Program-made: the position numbers and the translations under genes | The notes under the pieces: generated by a model | Databases searched by the model: none | Told to the model about the DNA's origin: nothing | The model's input: the letters and a program-made list of their open reading frames with translations, nothing else | Shown: piece after piece, positions 1-8,450 of the stretch | Layout of the letters: each line of letters opens with the position of its first letter | Numbering within the stretch: the stretch's first letter is position 1 | Assembly: GCA_017520675.1 (NCBI GenBank) | Contig: JAFXFG010000006.1 | Span: 1-53,352, forward strand | DNA: 53,352 bases | Reading direction: 5' to 3' | Origin: Alphaproteobacteria bacterium | GTDB taxonomy: Bacteria; Pseudomonadota; Alphaproteobacteria; Rs-D84

Positions 1-1
1 A

Positions 2-223
2 AGCATTTCCCATCCAGAACAAAAATACATCGGGCAAACTGATGATTTAAAAAAACGACTAACGCAACATAATGCAGGATATTCAATACATACGGCAAAA
101 TATAAACCTTGGGAATTGGTAAATTATTTTGCGTTTAGTTCCAAAGACGCTGCATTGGAATTTGAACAATATCTTAAAACAGGTTCCGGACACGCATTCG
201 CAAACCGACACTTTTGGAAATAA
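2..223 (+). CDS. GIY-YIG nuclease family protein, 5' end outside the window
   Basis: Frame 2 reads SISHPEQKYIGQTDDLKKRLTQHNAGYSIHTAKYKPWELVNYFAFSSKDAALEFEQYLKTGSGHAFANRHFWK*. It has the YIG, RLxQHN and A..FE.YLK motifs of small stand-alone GIY-YIG proteins. Missing from the ORF track because no start lies in the window. Confidence 0.9.
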   Translation, partial: SISHPEQKYIGQTDDLKKRLTQHNAGYSIHTAKYKPWELVNYFAFSSKDAALEFEQYLKTGSGHAFANRHFWK

Positions 224-362
224 TTTATCAAGGATACATAGCGCATTCCAGAGAGCAAAAATACAAGGCTTTGGCAAGTTCGAAAGTTAGGTTTTAGAAA
301 ATGTCAAAAAATTGTCATTTTCGAATTTTTGTGGTATAATTTCTCAGGAAAAGGTTGAATTT

Positions 363-908
363 ATGCGACATTTATTAAATTTTCCACAAATAATCAAAAC
401 TCCACGATTGGTGTTGCGGGTGTTGGCGCCAACAAAAGAAAATGCACAACAGATTTTTAATGCGATTGCACAAAATCGGGAGTTTTTAACTAGGTGGCTT
501 GAGCATTTCGTTTCAATACAAAGTCCTGATGATGTGATTGCATATCTGACTAAACGGCAAGAGCAGTTAAAAGATAATAAAGGCGTGTGTTTTCATATCT
601 TTTGTAATGATGATGTAATCGGCAGAATTTGGTTGTTCCGTGACAAAGATAATACTTGCGAGATAGGATACTGGTTAATTGAATCTGTAAATGGACACGG
701 TTATATGACCGAGGCTTTGCTGGCATTAGAAGGCGAATTGTTTAAATTTGGTTTTGACAAAATAATGTTGGAACTGGGTTCTGGAAATACGAGATCAGAA
801 AATTTAGCGATACGCAACGGGTATAAATTGGAAAAACGGTTACCAATGGCGTCGATGGCAAAATGTGTTGGTAAATGTGATTCTTTGATTTATGTAAAAG
901 AAAGATAA
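363..908 (+). CDS. RimJ/RimL-type GNAT N-acetyltransferase
   Basis: Motifs IKTPRLVLR, EIGYWL...GHGYMTEA and N.RSE.LA.RNGY. ATG at 363 preferred over TTG at 312. Confidence 0.85.
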   Translation: MRHLLNFPQIIKTPRLVLRVLAPTKENAQQIFNAIAQNREFLTRWLEHFVSIQSPDDVIAYLTKRQEQLKDNKGVCFHIFCNDDVIGRIWLFRDKDNTCEIGYWLIESVNGHGYMTEALLALEGELFKFGFDKIMLELGSGNTRSENLAIRNGYKLEKRLPMASMAKCVGKCDSLIYVKER

Positions 909-978
909 TATTTTAATAAAATTTCTTTTTCATCTCATCTATTCCTTTTCCTATTTCCACCAAATCGGTTCGCGAATT

Positions 979-1098
979 GCCCACACACCCCAACCACACT
1001 TCGCCTCTAGGACGCTTCGTGTGGCAGGCCACACGGACGAAGCAGTTATCGCGAAGTAGTGTCCACCGTAGCCTTGGCGTAGGCGGACAGGAATAAAA
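979..1098 (-). repeat. About 120-bp palindromic (REP/BIME-like) repeat, copy 1
   Basis: Near-identical to 2247-2371 (inverted) and 3419-3543 (direct). Contains GTCCACCGTAGCCTTGGCGTAGGCGGAC and the GTGTGGC-AG-GCCACAC hairpin. Confidence 0.9.
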
Positions 1099-1139
1099 CA
1101 ATGCCCACAAGGGGCATTTTTTGTTCGGAATACAAGTTT

Positions 1140-1889
1140 CTATTCGTGGGTTGATTGGTTCTGTTTTTGCAAAATAATTTCATTAACAATTTGTTTAATG
1201 CGTGATGGGGCCATAAATAAATTTGGCGCATAATCCAGCACAGTATAAAAAAGTTTTTGGTCTTGGTGTATCTTGTTCCACCAACCAAGCCCTTTATTAC
1301 ATTGTGTTATAAAATACTTAATGTCTTTGGGGTGAAATCTGGATGTGACACCAATCAACAAATCATACGCATTTGTATGATTGTTAACTGGGATATCTCG
1401 CAATACAGGGTTTAACATTTTTATTTCGTTAACCATGTTTTCCATATTCATTAATGCAACATTCTGATTTTTGTTGCTTGTAAAATGCGCTATTATTTTT
1501 CTTTTTTCTTCGTCATTCAATTCGCCCGTTACACTGTTCAAAAAGTCTAAATATTGCTGTTTCTCTTTGGCTGTTGCATCTGGGGCGCCTTGGAATATAT
1601 AATCGACATACAGTTCTGGATTTTCAATACGCAGTGGTTCAAAAAGATGCAGGTAATACATATTATTCATTACTTTTTTTTCATAGTCTTCCTCGGTAAT
1701 ACCATCAGGAAATTTATATTGGTGTGAAATCGGACATGCAGTAATAAAGCCATCATCGGCCAGTCGACGTTCAAAATTTACCGCAGACGACCAATGCCCA
1801 TTTTTAAACACAGCTTCCTTGTCAAGGATATTGCTTATCACCTTTTGTATTTTTTTTGCATTTGAAAAATTTGAATTAGTTATTTGCAT
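1140..1889 (-). CDS. Hypothetical protein (249 aa)
   Basis: Long ORF with an AGGGGA RBS-like site. No recognisable family. Confidence 0.75.
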   Translation of the reverse strand: MQITNSNFSNAKKIQKVISNILDKEAVFKNGHWSSAVNFERRLADDGFITACPISHQYKFPDGITEEDYEKKVMNNMYYLHLFEPLRIENPELYVDYIFQGAPDATAKEKQQYLDFLNSVTGELNDEEKRKIIAHFTSNKNQNVALMNMENMVNEIKMLNPVLRDIPVNNHTNAYDLLIGVTSRFHPKDIKYFITQCNKGLGWWNKIHQDQKLFYTVLDYAPNLFMAPSRIKQIVNEIILQKQNQSTHE

Positions 1890-1972
1890 ACGTTCCCCTG
1901 ATTCATGCTGTTTATTGTATACTATCGTCTTGTGTTTTGCAAATTTATAAACAATTATTAATATTCTTTCCG

Positions 1973-2097
1973 AATATAAACCTTGGGAATTGGTAAATTA
2001 TTTTGCGTTTAGTTCCAAAGATGTCGCGTTGGAATTTGAACAATATCTTAAAACAGGTTCCGGATATGCGTTCGCAAAAAAACACTTTTGGAAATAA
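1973..2097 (+). pseudogene. 5'-truncated GIY-YIG remnant
   Basis: 1973-2158 duplicates 99-284 (about 14 mismatches in 186 nt by eye). Encodes only YKPWELVNYF...HFWK*, with no YIG motif and no ATG start. Confidence 0.85.
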
Positions 2098-2246
2098 TTT
2101 ATCAAGGATACATAGCGCATTCCAGAGAGCAGAAACATAAGACTTTGGCAAGTTCGAAGGTCGAATTTCGATTTTTTATCTCTTCGAATACACTTTCGAA
2201 CTAACAACAATCTTATAAAACTAATGAAAATCTGCTCTAACAGGTC

Positions 2247-2371
2247 TTTTTATTCCTGTCCGCCTACGCCAAGGCTACGGTGGACACTACTTCGCCTATG
2301 CTTCTCGCCTTGTGTGGCCTGCCACACGAAGCCTCGTAGAGGCGAAGTGTGGTTGGGGTGTGCGGGCGAAA
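2247..2371 (+). repeat. About 120-bp palindromic repeat, copy 2
   Basis: TTTTTATTCCTGTCCGCCTACGCCAAGGCTACGGTGGACACTACTTCGC...GTGTGGCCTGCCACACGAAGCCTCGTAGAGGCGAAGTGTGGTTGGGGTGTGCGGGCGAAA. Confidence 0.9.
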
Positions 2372-2432
2372 AGAAGTTGTTTTCTCAAATATATCATGAT
2401 AAAATTACGCATGGTAAAGAAAGGATATTCTT

Positions 2433-3380
2433 ATGGATAACAATTTGCGTAAACGTGCCAGCCAAAGTTTTGAAAAATATTTAAGTAATTTTTTGACCAA
2501 AGGGGAGACCGTAGGTTTGCCTGACTCGCGATTGACAAAAGAAGAATGGGCACAGTTGAATAAATCTTTAATTGAAATTGGTGTTCAGCTGGTCCCTTAT
2601 ATGCAAAATGGATCTATGTACTATTGGTTCACAAAAGCCAGCAGACCTATGGATAAAATAAGTGTTTTTGCAAATGGGCGAGAAAAACTGGAAAACAAAT
2701 TAATTGAAATTATCCAACAAAACCATCCAAATTTATCAACGGTAACGATATTGAATATCCTTCGGTCTGAAAGCCCGACTGATGAGGATATGATATACAG
2801 GATGTTGCGTTACAAGCAAGATGGAGAATATACAGATGTCTCGCAAAAAGAATTTGAAGAGGCCTTTGATTATGCTTTAGCATCGTGTTCTAAACAATGG
2901 CCACAAGGTAGACATATAAACATGCATGAAATGCAAAATTGGACTTGGTGCCGATCTTGTGGCGGTAATACAGAAACCCCTGTTATTGATTCTGGTAATC
3001 CGAATGGTTTTCATATCAGTCTGAATGTTCGTGTCACAAAAGATTTAATTAAAGTTTTAGATGACTTTTTGATTAAAGATGGGGGAAGATATATTAGGTC
3101 TTACAAATTTCCCAAAACGAATTTTTACGATGAAATATTATCGCGACATGACCCTGTAACTATTTATACAAATGCTAGAAATCCAAACTTAGAAAAACAA
3201 ATCGCTACCGCAATTCAACCATTTGTGCGTTCAAACGATGGATTGGTTGGAGATATGTTAGGCAAAGGAATTTCCATCAGTCCAGAAACATCGAATGCGA
3301 ATGGTGGAAACTCTGTCGGAACAGCTGTTTCAAAAGATATCGCAAGTATTATTAAGGAATATGGTGGTAATGCATTTTAA
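2433..3380 (+). CDS. Hypothetical protein (315 aa); C-terminal half has weak OspF/HopA1-like lyase-fold motifs
   Basis: Long ORF with an AAGGA RBS. Motifs GFHISLNV, YKF and RHDPVTIY. The function call is speculative. Confidence 0.7.
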   Translation: MDNNLRKRASQSFEKYLSNFLTKGETVGLPDSRLTKEEWAQLNKSLIEIGVQLVPYMQNGSMYYWFTKASRPMDKISVFANGREKLENKLIEIIQQNHPNLSTVTILNILRSESPTDEDMIYRMLRYKQDGEYTDVSQKEFEEAFDYALASCSKQWPQGRHINMHEMQNWTWCRSCGGNTETPVIDSGNPNGFHISLNVRVTKDLIKVLDDFLIKDGGRYIRSYKFPKTNFYDEILSRHDPVTIYTNARNPNLEKQIATAIQPFVRSNDGLVGDMLGKGISISPETSNANGGNSVGTAVSKDIASIIKEYGGNAF

Positions 3381-3418
3381 ATGCTTCATTTGAAATACAT
3401 GTGCCATCTCAACTCGCG

Positions 3419-3543
3419 TTTCGCCCGCACACCCCAACCACACTTCGCCTCTAGTACGCTTCGTGTGGCGGGCCACACAAGGCGAGTAGCAAAGGCGAAG
3501 TAGTGTCCACCGTAGCCTTGGCGTAGGCGGACAGGAATAAAAA
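3419..3543 (-). repeat. About 120-bp palindromic repeat, copy 3
   Basis: Reverse complement of copy 2 with few mismatches. Copies 2 and 3 bracket ORF 2433-3380. Confidence 0.9.
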
Positions 3544-3647
3544 TCAAATGTTTTATGTATATCTTATAAAAGTATTTTCTGTTTAACAGTTGGCTTTCGT
3601 TGGGGGACAATAAAAGAAACCGCCAAATGCCGGTTAATACATGCGCG

Positions 3648-3812
3648 TTAAAAGTCAGTGCGTGATTTATCGTATGCTTGTTTTGCCTCAACCGACTCGT
3701 TATTAAGATCGGGATGATATTTTTTTGCTAATCGCTTATACGCCTTATAAACTTGCTCTGGCGTCGCGCTCTCAGATACATTTAATATTTTTGCTGTCTC
3801 GCTTAAAGTCAT
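3648..3812 (-). CDS. Minimal or truncated DnaJ J-domain protein (54 aa), possibly a pseudogene
   Basis: Own translation: MTLSETAKILNVSESATPEQVYKAYKRLAKKYHPDLNNESVEAKQAYDKSRTDF*. Has the J-domain IL.V...A...E.KAYKRLAKKYHPD pattern. Below the ORF-track length cutoff. Confidence 0.75.
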   Translation of the reverse strand: MTLSETAKILNVSESATPEQVYKAYKRLAKKYHPDLNNESVEAKQAYDKSRTDF

Positions 3813-3932
3813 TTAATACACTTTTCTTCGCAAGTATATGATAATAAAAGCCAAGATTCTACTTTTTCAGGACATTTTTCTTGTAATAACAAAATAATAT
3901 CAATATAATTTTACTGTCATACAAAGGAAAAA

Positions 3933-4220
3933 ATGATGTCATCAGATTTTGTAAAAAAACAACGCAAAGCCATCATAATTGTATATTTTCAGCTAAAATC
4001 AAATTGTCCAAAGATACACACGCACATGCATTGCGCCACGCGCCAGAAACTGCACGACTTGCATATGGTTTATGGTATTCCATACAGTATTAAACGCGGT
4101 AAAATCTATTATCCGGAAAAATGGCATGATAAAACAACCGGCATGTCTTTTGATATACGCACCATGGCCCAAGAACTTTGCGCAAAATGTAAATATGGGC
4201 AAGACCAGAAAACACGATAA
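3933..4220 (+). CDS. Small Cys/His-containing hypothetical protein
   Basis: AAGGA RBS. C-x6-H-C and CAKC motifs; ends QKTR*. Confidence 0.65.
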   Translation: MMSSDFVKKQRKAIIIVYFQLKSNCPKIHTHMHCATRQKLHDLHMVYGIPYSIKRGKIYYPEKWHDKTTGMSFDIRTMAQELCAKCKYGQDQKTR

Positions 4221-4293
4221 AAACAAAAATTATATTAAACATGTGTTGAAAAGTAAAAAAAATAAGTGTATGATAACTGCGTTTTGATACAGT

Positions 4294-4368
4294 GCTCCCA
4301 TCGTCTAGCGGTTAGGACATCAGATTCTCATTCTGGTAACACGGGTTCGATTCCCGTTGGGAGTGCCA
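4294..4368 (+). tRNA. tRNA-Glu (anticodon CTC)
   Basis: GCTCCCA...TGGGAGT acceptor stem with encoded CCA. Anticodon arm TCAGA-TTCTCAT-TCTGG; GGTTCGATTCC T arm. Confidence 0.95.
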
Positions 4369-4465
4369 AATTTAGCCAGAAACACTTTTTTTTATTGGTG
4401 TATGTTGACTTTTTGAATTTTTATGCTATATTTTATCTAAGCATAAACTATTAACCAAAGGATTT

Positions 4466-4552
4466 TACTATGGAAAAAGAAGAAATCCATACTATGGAAG
4501 AAGAAATCCATACTATGGAAGAAGAAATCCATACTCTGGAAAAAGAAAAAAT
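4466..4552 (+). repeat. 21-bp tandem repeat (TACTATGGAAGAAGAAATCCA), about 4 copies
   Basis: Directly visible and in frame with the CDS. Confidence 0.9.
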
Positions 4553-4985
4553 TAAAATTAGTAAATTCGAGGAAAAATTTAGGTGGTGCCTGCTTTCTGC
4601 TATTACACTATTGTCTGGTGGCGCGATATTTTATCATATTGTTGCTGACCGCTATATTCCGAAAGTATCTGATAAAGAAATTGAGGCAAAAGAGTTGGAA
4701 TATGACTATAAAAAAATGGTGCACGAAGGTTTTGATTCTCAGGATTTACAGCAACCTGCAAAATATGATAGTGTAAGCGGTTTTTGGTACCAAGATAAAA
4801 GTCCAGAAACAATGCAGGCACAACAATCTATGGCAAAGGCAGAACAAGAACTTGAATTCTTAAAATCAGAGAAGCATCGTGCGGATTCGTTATCCCGTAT
4901 CCCAAAGTCTACACGCTTTAAGAATAATCTAAGAGATATGCGTATTGCATACCATAAAAATCGTTTAAATGCGCTGTCGCGCTAA
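4470..4985 (+). CDS. Hypothetical single-TM protein with N-terminal MEEEIHT repeats
   Basis: AAGGA RBS, one hydrophobic segment (WCLLSAITLLSGGAIFY) and a coiled-coil-like tail. Confidence 0.75.
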   Translation: MEKEEIHTMEEEIHTMEEEIHTLEKEKIKISKFEEKFRWCLLSAITLLSGGAIFYHIVADRYIPKVSDKEIEAKELEYDYKKMVHEGFDSQDLQQPAKYDSVSGFWYQDKSPETMQAQQSMAKAEQELEFLKSEKHRADSLSRIPKSTRFKNNLRDMRIAYHKNRLNALSR

Positions 4986-4991
4986 GAAAAG

Positions 4992-5011
4992 AACCGCCAT
5001 TGGCGGTTTTT
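4992..5011. terminator. Bidirectional intrinsic terminator
   Basis: AACCGCC-ATT-GGCGGTT with A/T tails, between convergent genes. Confidence 0.8.
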
Positions 5012-5013
5012 AT

Positions 5014-6084
5014 TTATCCCAGTATTGCGGTTATTTGGTCTTGCATTTGAAAAGTTCCCAGAACAACCCATGCAATAATTGCAGATACAACCAGAATACC
5101 AATACTGTTTAATAAATTTGAAACGCGCTCCATTTTTCTGACTGATTCTTCCAGATAGTCATTTGCGATTTTGCTCAGGTTTTCATCAAATCCGTTCATA
5201 TCGGCATAAATAATCAAGTCGCCAATTATTTCATCGTCTGGGAATTTGCGCCCTGTATTTGTCAGTGCAACCCCCAGGTTATCGCCATTTGCAACATAGT
5301 GCAGTGCATCATCCAAGATACTCCGCAAATATCTATTTGCATTATCCGCCAACAGTCGCATTGCATCGGGAATTGTTCCGCCTGCTTTTACTATCGCGGC
5401 CAAAGACATTAACCAACTAACAGAAACTTGTATTTTATAAACATTCCAAGGTGGTAATTTATCAAAAAACACGCGCAGTTTTCCGGACCAATTTGCCAGA
5501 CTTAACCAGATTACCGAAATCAGGGCTGCAAACGCAACCATAAACACATACCAATAGTTTATAGATATTTCCGACACCACAACCAAAGAGCGTGCCAATC
5601 CGCGCCACACGACATTATTTCCTGCGACCTCTGCCAACGGAGGCACCAGGTATATTCCAACCATAATTATAATACCAAAAGTCAGCGCCAGCAAAAACAA
5701 AGGATACGCGATTGCACTAACCATTGCGCGTCTGATGCGTCCGGTTCCTTCTACCACGCGTCCTACATTTTCCAACGCGACTGCCAAATCAGACAAATTC
5801 CCTGATGACACCAACAGTGTTTCTTCTGGGGGCACCCAACCGCGTGTTGCCTCGGAAAAAGTCATACCGCGTTCCAGACTGTATTGCCATTGTCGCATAA
5901 CGATTGCAAAGGGTTCATGTGGTTTTGTTCCGTTCTTAGACTCAACAACTTCCAGACGTTCAAGTGCATTAATCAATGTAAAGTCGTTTCGCAGCAGTGA
6001 TGCCAACTTTCGGCACAGCGCCATACGCTTTTCTGTACTGGTTCGGAAAACCCATTTTGCATAAAGCAGTTCTAGTCTATTCAT
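5014..6084 (-). CDS. pilR: Type IVb pilus inner-membrane platform protein (PilR/GspF family)
   Basis: Two T2SSF-like repeats with TM segments (AIAYPLFLL, LERGMTFSEA). Follows the ATPase, as in R64-type pil operons. Confidence 0.8.
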   Translation of the reverse strand: MNRLELLYAKWVFRTSTEKRMALCRKLASLLRNDFTLINALERLEVVESKNGTKPHEPFAIVMRQWQYSLERGMTFSEATRGWVPPEETLLVSSGNLSDLAVALENVGRVVEGTGRIRRAMVSAIAYPLFLLALTFGIIIMVGIYLVPPLAEVAGNNVVWRGLARSLVVVSEISINYWYVFMVAFAALISVIWLSLANWSGKLRVFFDKLPPWNVYKIQVSVSWLMSLAAIVKAGGTIPDAMRLLADNANRYLRSILDDALHYVANGDNLGVALTNTGRKFPDDEIIGDLIIYADMNGFDENLSKIANDYLEESVRKMERVSNLLNSIGILVVSAIIAWVVLGTFQMQDQITAILG

Positions 6085-6086
6085 TT

Positions 6087-7721
6087 TTAATATGCCCCAG
6101 GTTCATTTACATATCCGACCCATCTTTCTAATTCATCGACACTGATTATTCCTTGCAACATCAACGAAGAAGCAGATTCTTTCAGTGTTCGTCCGTTCAT
6201 ATTTTCCAGCCAATAGCGAATTGCGCCATCTGTGTTACCTGACAAAGCGAGTCTTAAAAATTCACTGTTTGTAATAATGATTTCACCGGCTTTTATGCGT
6301 CCAAGTGTTCCGCTTCCATTACAGTGTGGGCAGCCTGCACCGCGCAGATACGCCTGACGCACCCCCAGTTCGCCATACATTTCCATTGTTCGTTTATATG
6401 CGCCGCGTTCGGGGTGTTTTTCCAGTGGTTCGCGACAATGTGGACAAACCTTTTTAAATAATCTCATAGAAACCAAGCCACGCATCAGTGTTTCTTCTTT
6501 TAGTTTAAAAGGCTCAATTCCCAAATCCAACAGACGCGTCAGCGCCGCCATTGCAGAGTTTGCGTGCAGTGTTGTCCAGACATTATGCCCAGACAATGCA
6601 CCACGCACAGTCAACTGTGCAGCGGCCAAGGTGCGAATTTCACCAACCATCAATGTGTCTGGGTCGCTACGCAATGCAGCGGCCAGGGCTTCGACATATT
6701 TTTCTTCGCGCTGTTCTTCATTTGTCGTATTAACGACAGGCATCTGATGTGCCCCAAAGATTTTCTGTTCAACGGGATTTTCAACGGTTATTAAATTGAT
6801 TTCGTAATTGCGTTCTTTCAGCATCAAAGACATATTTCGAACCAGTGTCGTTGATTTACCTGAACTTGTTGGACCTGCGACAATCACTAGTCCTGTTGGA
6901 AACGACCGCATACGTGCCAACAATCTTTGTTCATATGGTCCGAATTCTTGTTCGGTCTTAATTCCCTGCGATGGGTTATCGTATAACAGGCGCATAACTA
7001 CATATCGGCTGCCAAAAGCGATTGGGTTAAACTGCATACGAACACCCAGCACCCCAGACGGCAGGTATAAATCCTTGGTTCCACGCAGTGGTGTGCGCCC
7101 ATCCTTTTGCGCAGATTGATATTCATTTTGTGCATAGTTTGCATTTGACATATCTGACGATGCGAACGCAGCGCGCACAAAAGATTCGCCCCATTGTGAA
7201 TTATATTCCAGCACAGGTTGCATACTGCCATCTATACGAAAATAGATTGTTGTTTGGTCTGCTACTTCGATATGAACATCTGAAACTTTTTGTGATGCGG
7301 CTTTGGCGATAATATCGACAAAGTCCTTTTGCATTTGATTGTCGAAATCCATGCGTGAGCGTGCCCCACCGCCTGCGCGCATTTCTTGTGTTTTGTATAT
7401 ATTTGAAATTAATCCCAAATCAGAATAATACGGCGCATTAACCACGCGTCCGCGTCTGCGCAGTAAATCCAAGAAAGACAACACGCGCCCATCATAGCGA
7501 TGGGTACGTGATATAATAATTTCGCCACCGGTAAAGTATGCCAATAATCCTTGGGTATCGCGTGGCAGTTCAAGCGCAGCGCCAGTTGCTGTCAACAACC
7601 GATTCCCATTAGAAAACAGATAGTCTATAATGTCCTTAGATTCAGAATTTTCCAGTCCCAGTGGGATGGACGGTTTATCTGATGTGTTTTCTATATCAAG
7701 ATTATCGTTCTTTTTTGTCAT
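6087..7721 (-). CDS. pilQ: Type IVb pilus assembly ATPase (PilQ/GspE family)
   Basis: SDVHI, Walker A GPTSSGKSTT, Asp box TVENPVE, Walker B LRSDPDTLMVGEIR, His box GH...TTLHAN and two CPHC motifs. Confidence 0.85.
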   Translation of the reverse strand: MTKKNDNLDIENTSDKPSIPLGLENSESKDIIDYLFSNGNRLLTATGAALELPRDTQGLLAYFTGGEIIISRTHRYDGRVLSFLDLLRRRGRVVNAPYYSDLGLISNIYKTQEMRAGGGARSRMDFDNQMQKDFVDIIAKAASQKVSDVHIEVADQTTIYFRIDGSMQPVLEYNSQWGESFVRAAFASSDMSNANYAQNEYQSAQKDGRTPLRGTKDLYLPSGVLGVRMQFNPIAFGSRYVVMRLLYDNPSQGIKTEQEFGPYEQRLLARMRSFPTGLVIVAGPTSSGKSTTLVRNMSLMLKERNYEINLITVENPVEQKIFGAHQMPVVNTTNEEQREEKYVEALAAALRSDPDTLMVGEIRTLAAAQLTVRGALSGHNVWTTLHANSAMAALTRLLDLGIEPFKLKEETLMRGLVSMRLFKKVCPHCREPLEKHPERGAYKRTMEMYGELGVRQAYLRGAGCPHCNGSGTLGRIKAGEIIITNSEFLRLALSGNTDGAIRYWLENMNGRTLKESASSLMLQGIISVDELERWVGYVNEPGAY

Positions 7722-7730
7722 TATATACTC

Positions 7731-8450
7731 TTAGTTTCCGTTGCTGACATTCAAAGTCTGTGTAATTCCATCTGCATCAGTAAATACAACACCATCATAA
7801 ACAGAAATTGTTTTAACGGTCAAACCATCAAGTTTTTTACCAACACTTATGCGTTTTGTTTGTCCTGTTGTCAGGTCTTCGACAGTGGCCTGCAATTGAT
7901 TTCCAGCCCCAACAACATTAACCAATCTGTATTTCTGTGTAATATCAACACTTGGTGTTTCTGTAACTATTGGCGTGGCGGTTGCGCGTGCTGTTGCCAC
8001 AGGTTTTTCTGCCTCAGCCAGCCAAGATTCTTTTTCGCGTTCTATGCGTGCCGCCTCTGCCTCTAATTTTGCTTTTTGTGTTTCGATTTCTTGCTGTTGT
8101 TGTTCTGCGCGCCCAGACAAAGTATCGATTTCCATATGCAGTTTTATTTTTTCTGCTGCAAGTCTGTCCAGTTCCAAGTCCAGTTGTGCGCGTTCTTTTT
8201 CCAACTGCATCAAGATTTTTTCTTGTTCCAAATCAGTAATTTGTTGAAATAAAGAACCATCTGGTGAATAGTTTGCGATTGCATCTGCTGCAACTTCCTC
8301 GGCAGAAAAATCCTCAACGAAATCAGTGCCATCATCTTCGACATAAACATCGGCTGATTTCACATAGACATCTGCGGCCCAAGATTGATGTAACATTCCC
8401 AACAGGGCGAATAACATAAAACCAAAAGTCAACTTTTTCTTATTTTGCAT
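7731..8450 (-). CDS. PilP-like type IVb pilus biogenesis protein
   Basis: Signal peptide, long coiled coil and a C-terminal beta domain (VVGAGNQLQATV...VKTISVYDGV). Lies between pilO and pilQ. Confidence 0.55.
   Translation of the reverse strand: MQNKKKLTFGFMLFALLGMLHQSWAADVYVKSADVYVEDDGTDFVEDFSAEEVAADAIANYSPDGSLFQQITDLEQEKILMQLEKERAQLDLELDRLAAEKIKLHMEIDTLSGRAEQQQQEIETQKAKLEAEAARIEREKESWLAEAEKPVATARATATPIVTETPSVDITQKYRLVNVVGAGNQLQATVEDLTTGQTKRISVGKKLDGLTVKTISVYDGVVFTDADGITQTLNVSNGN

Noticed and set aside
83-2210. Similar minus-strand ORFs 83-277, 1945-2151 and 1998-2210
   Set aside because: Antisense shadows of the GIY-YIG gene and its duplicate.
979-3543. Repeats as a CRISPR array or integron attC sites
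   Set aside because: They are too long, irregularly spaced and in mixed orientation. No cas or intI gene, and no RYYYAAC/GTTRRRY ends.
2210-3571. ATCTTATAAAA at 2210-2220 and 3561-3571 as a target-site duplication
   Set aside because: Not adjacent to the repeat ends (26 and 17 nt away) and AT-rich, so it could be chance.
913-3691. ORFs 913-1110, 1046-1288, 2224-2484 and 3386-3691 sharing PPTPRLRWT-type peptides
   Set aside because: They are translations of the 120-bp DNA repeat, not a protein family.
3544-4990. Prophage or integrative element at tRNA-Glu
   Set aside because: No integrase, phage genes or duplicated tRNA 3' end seen in the window.
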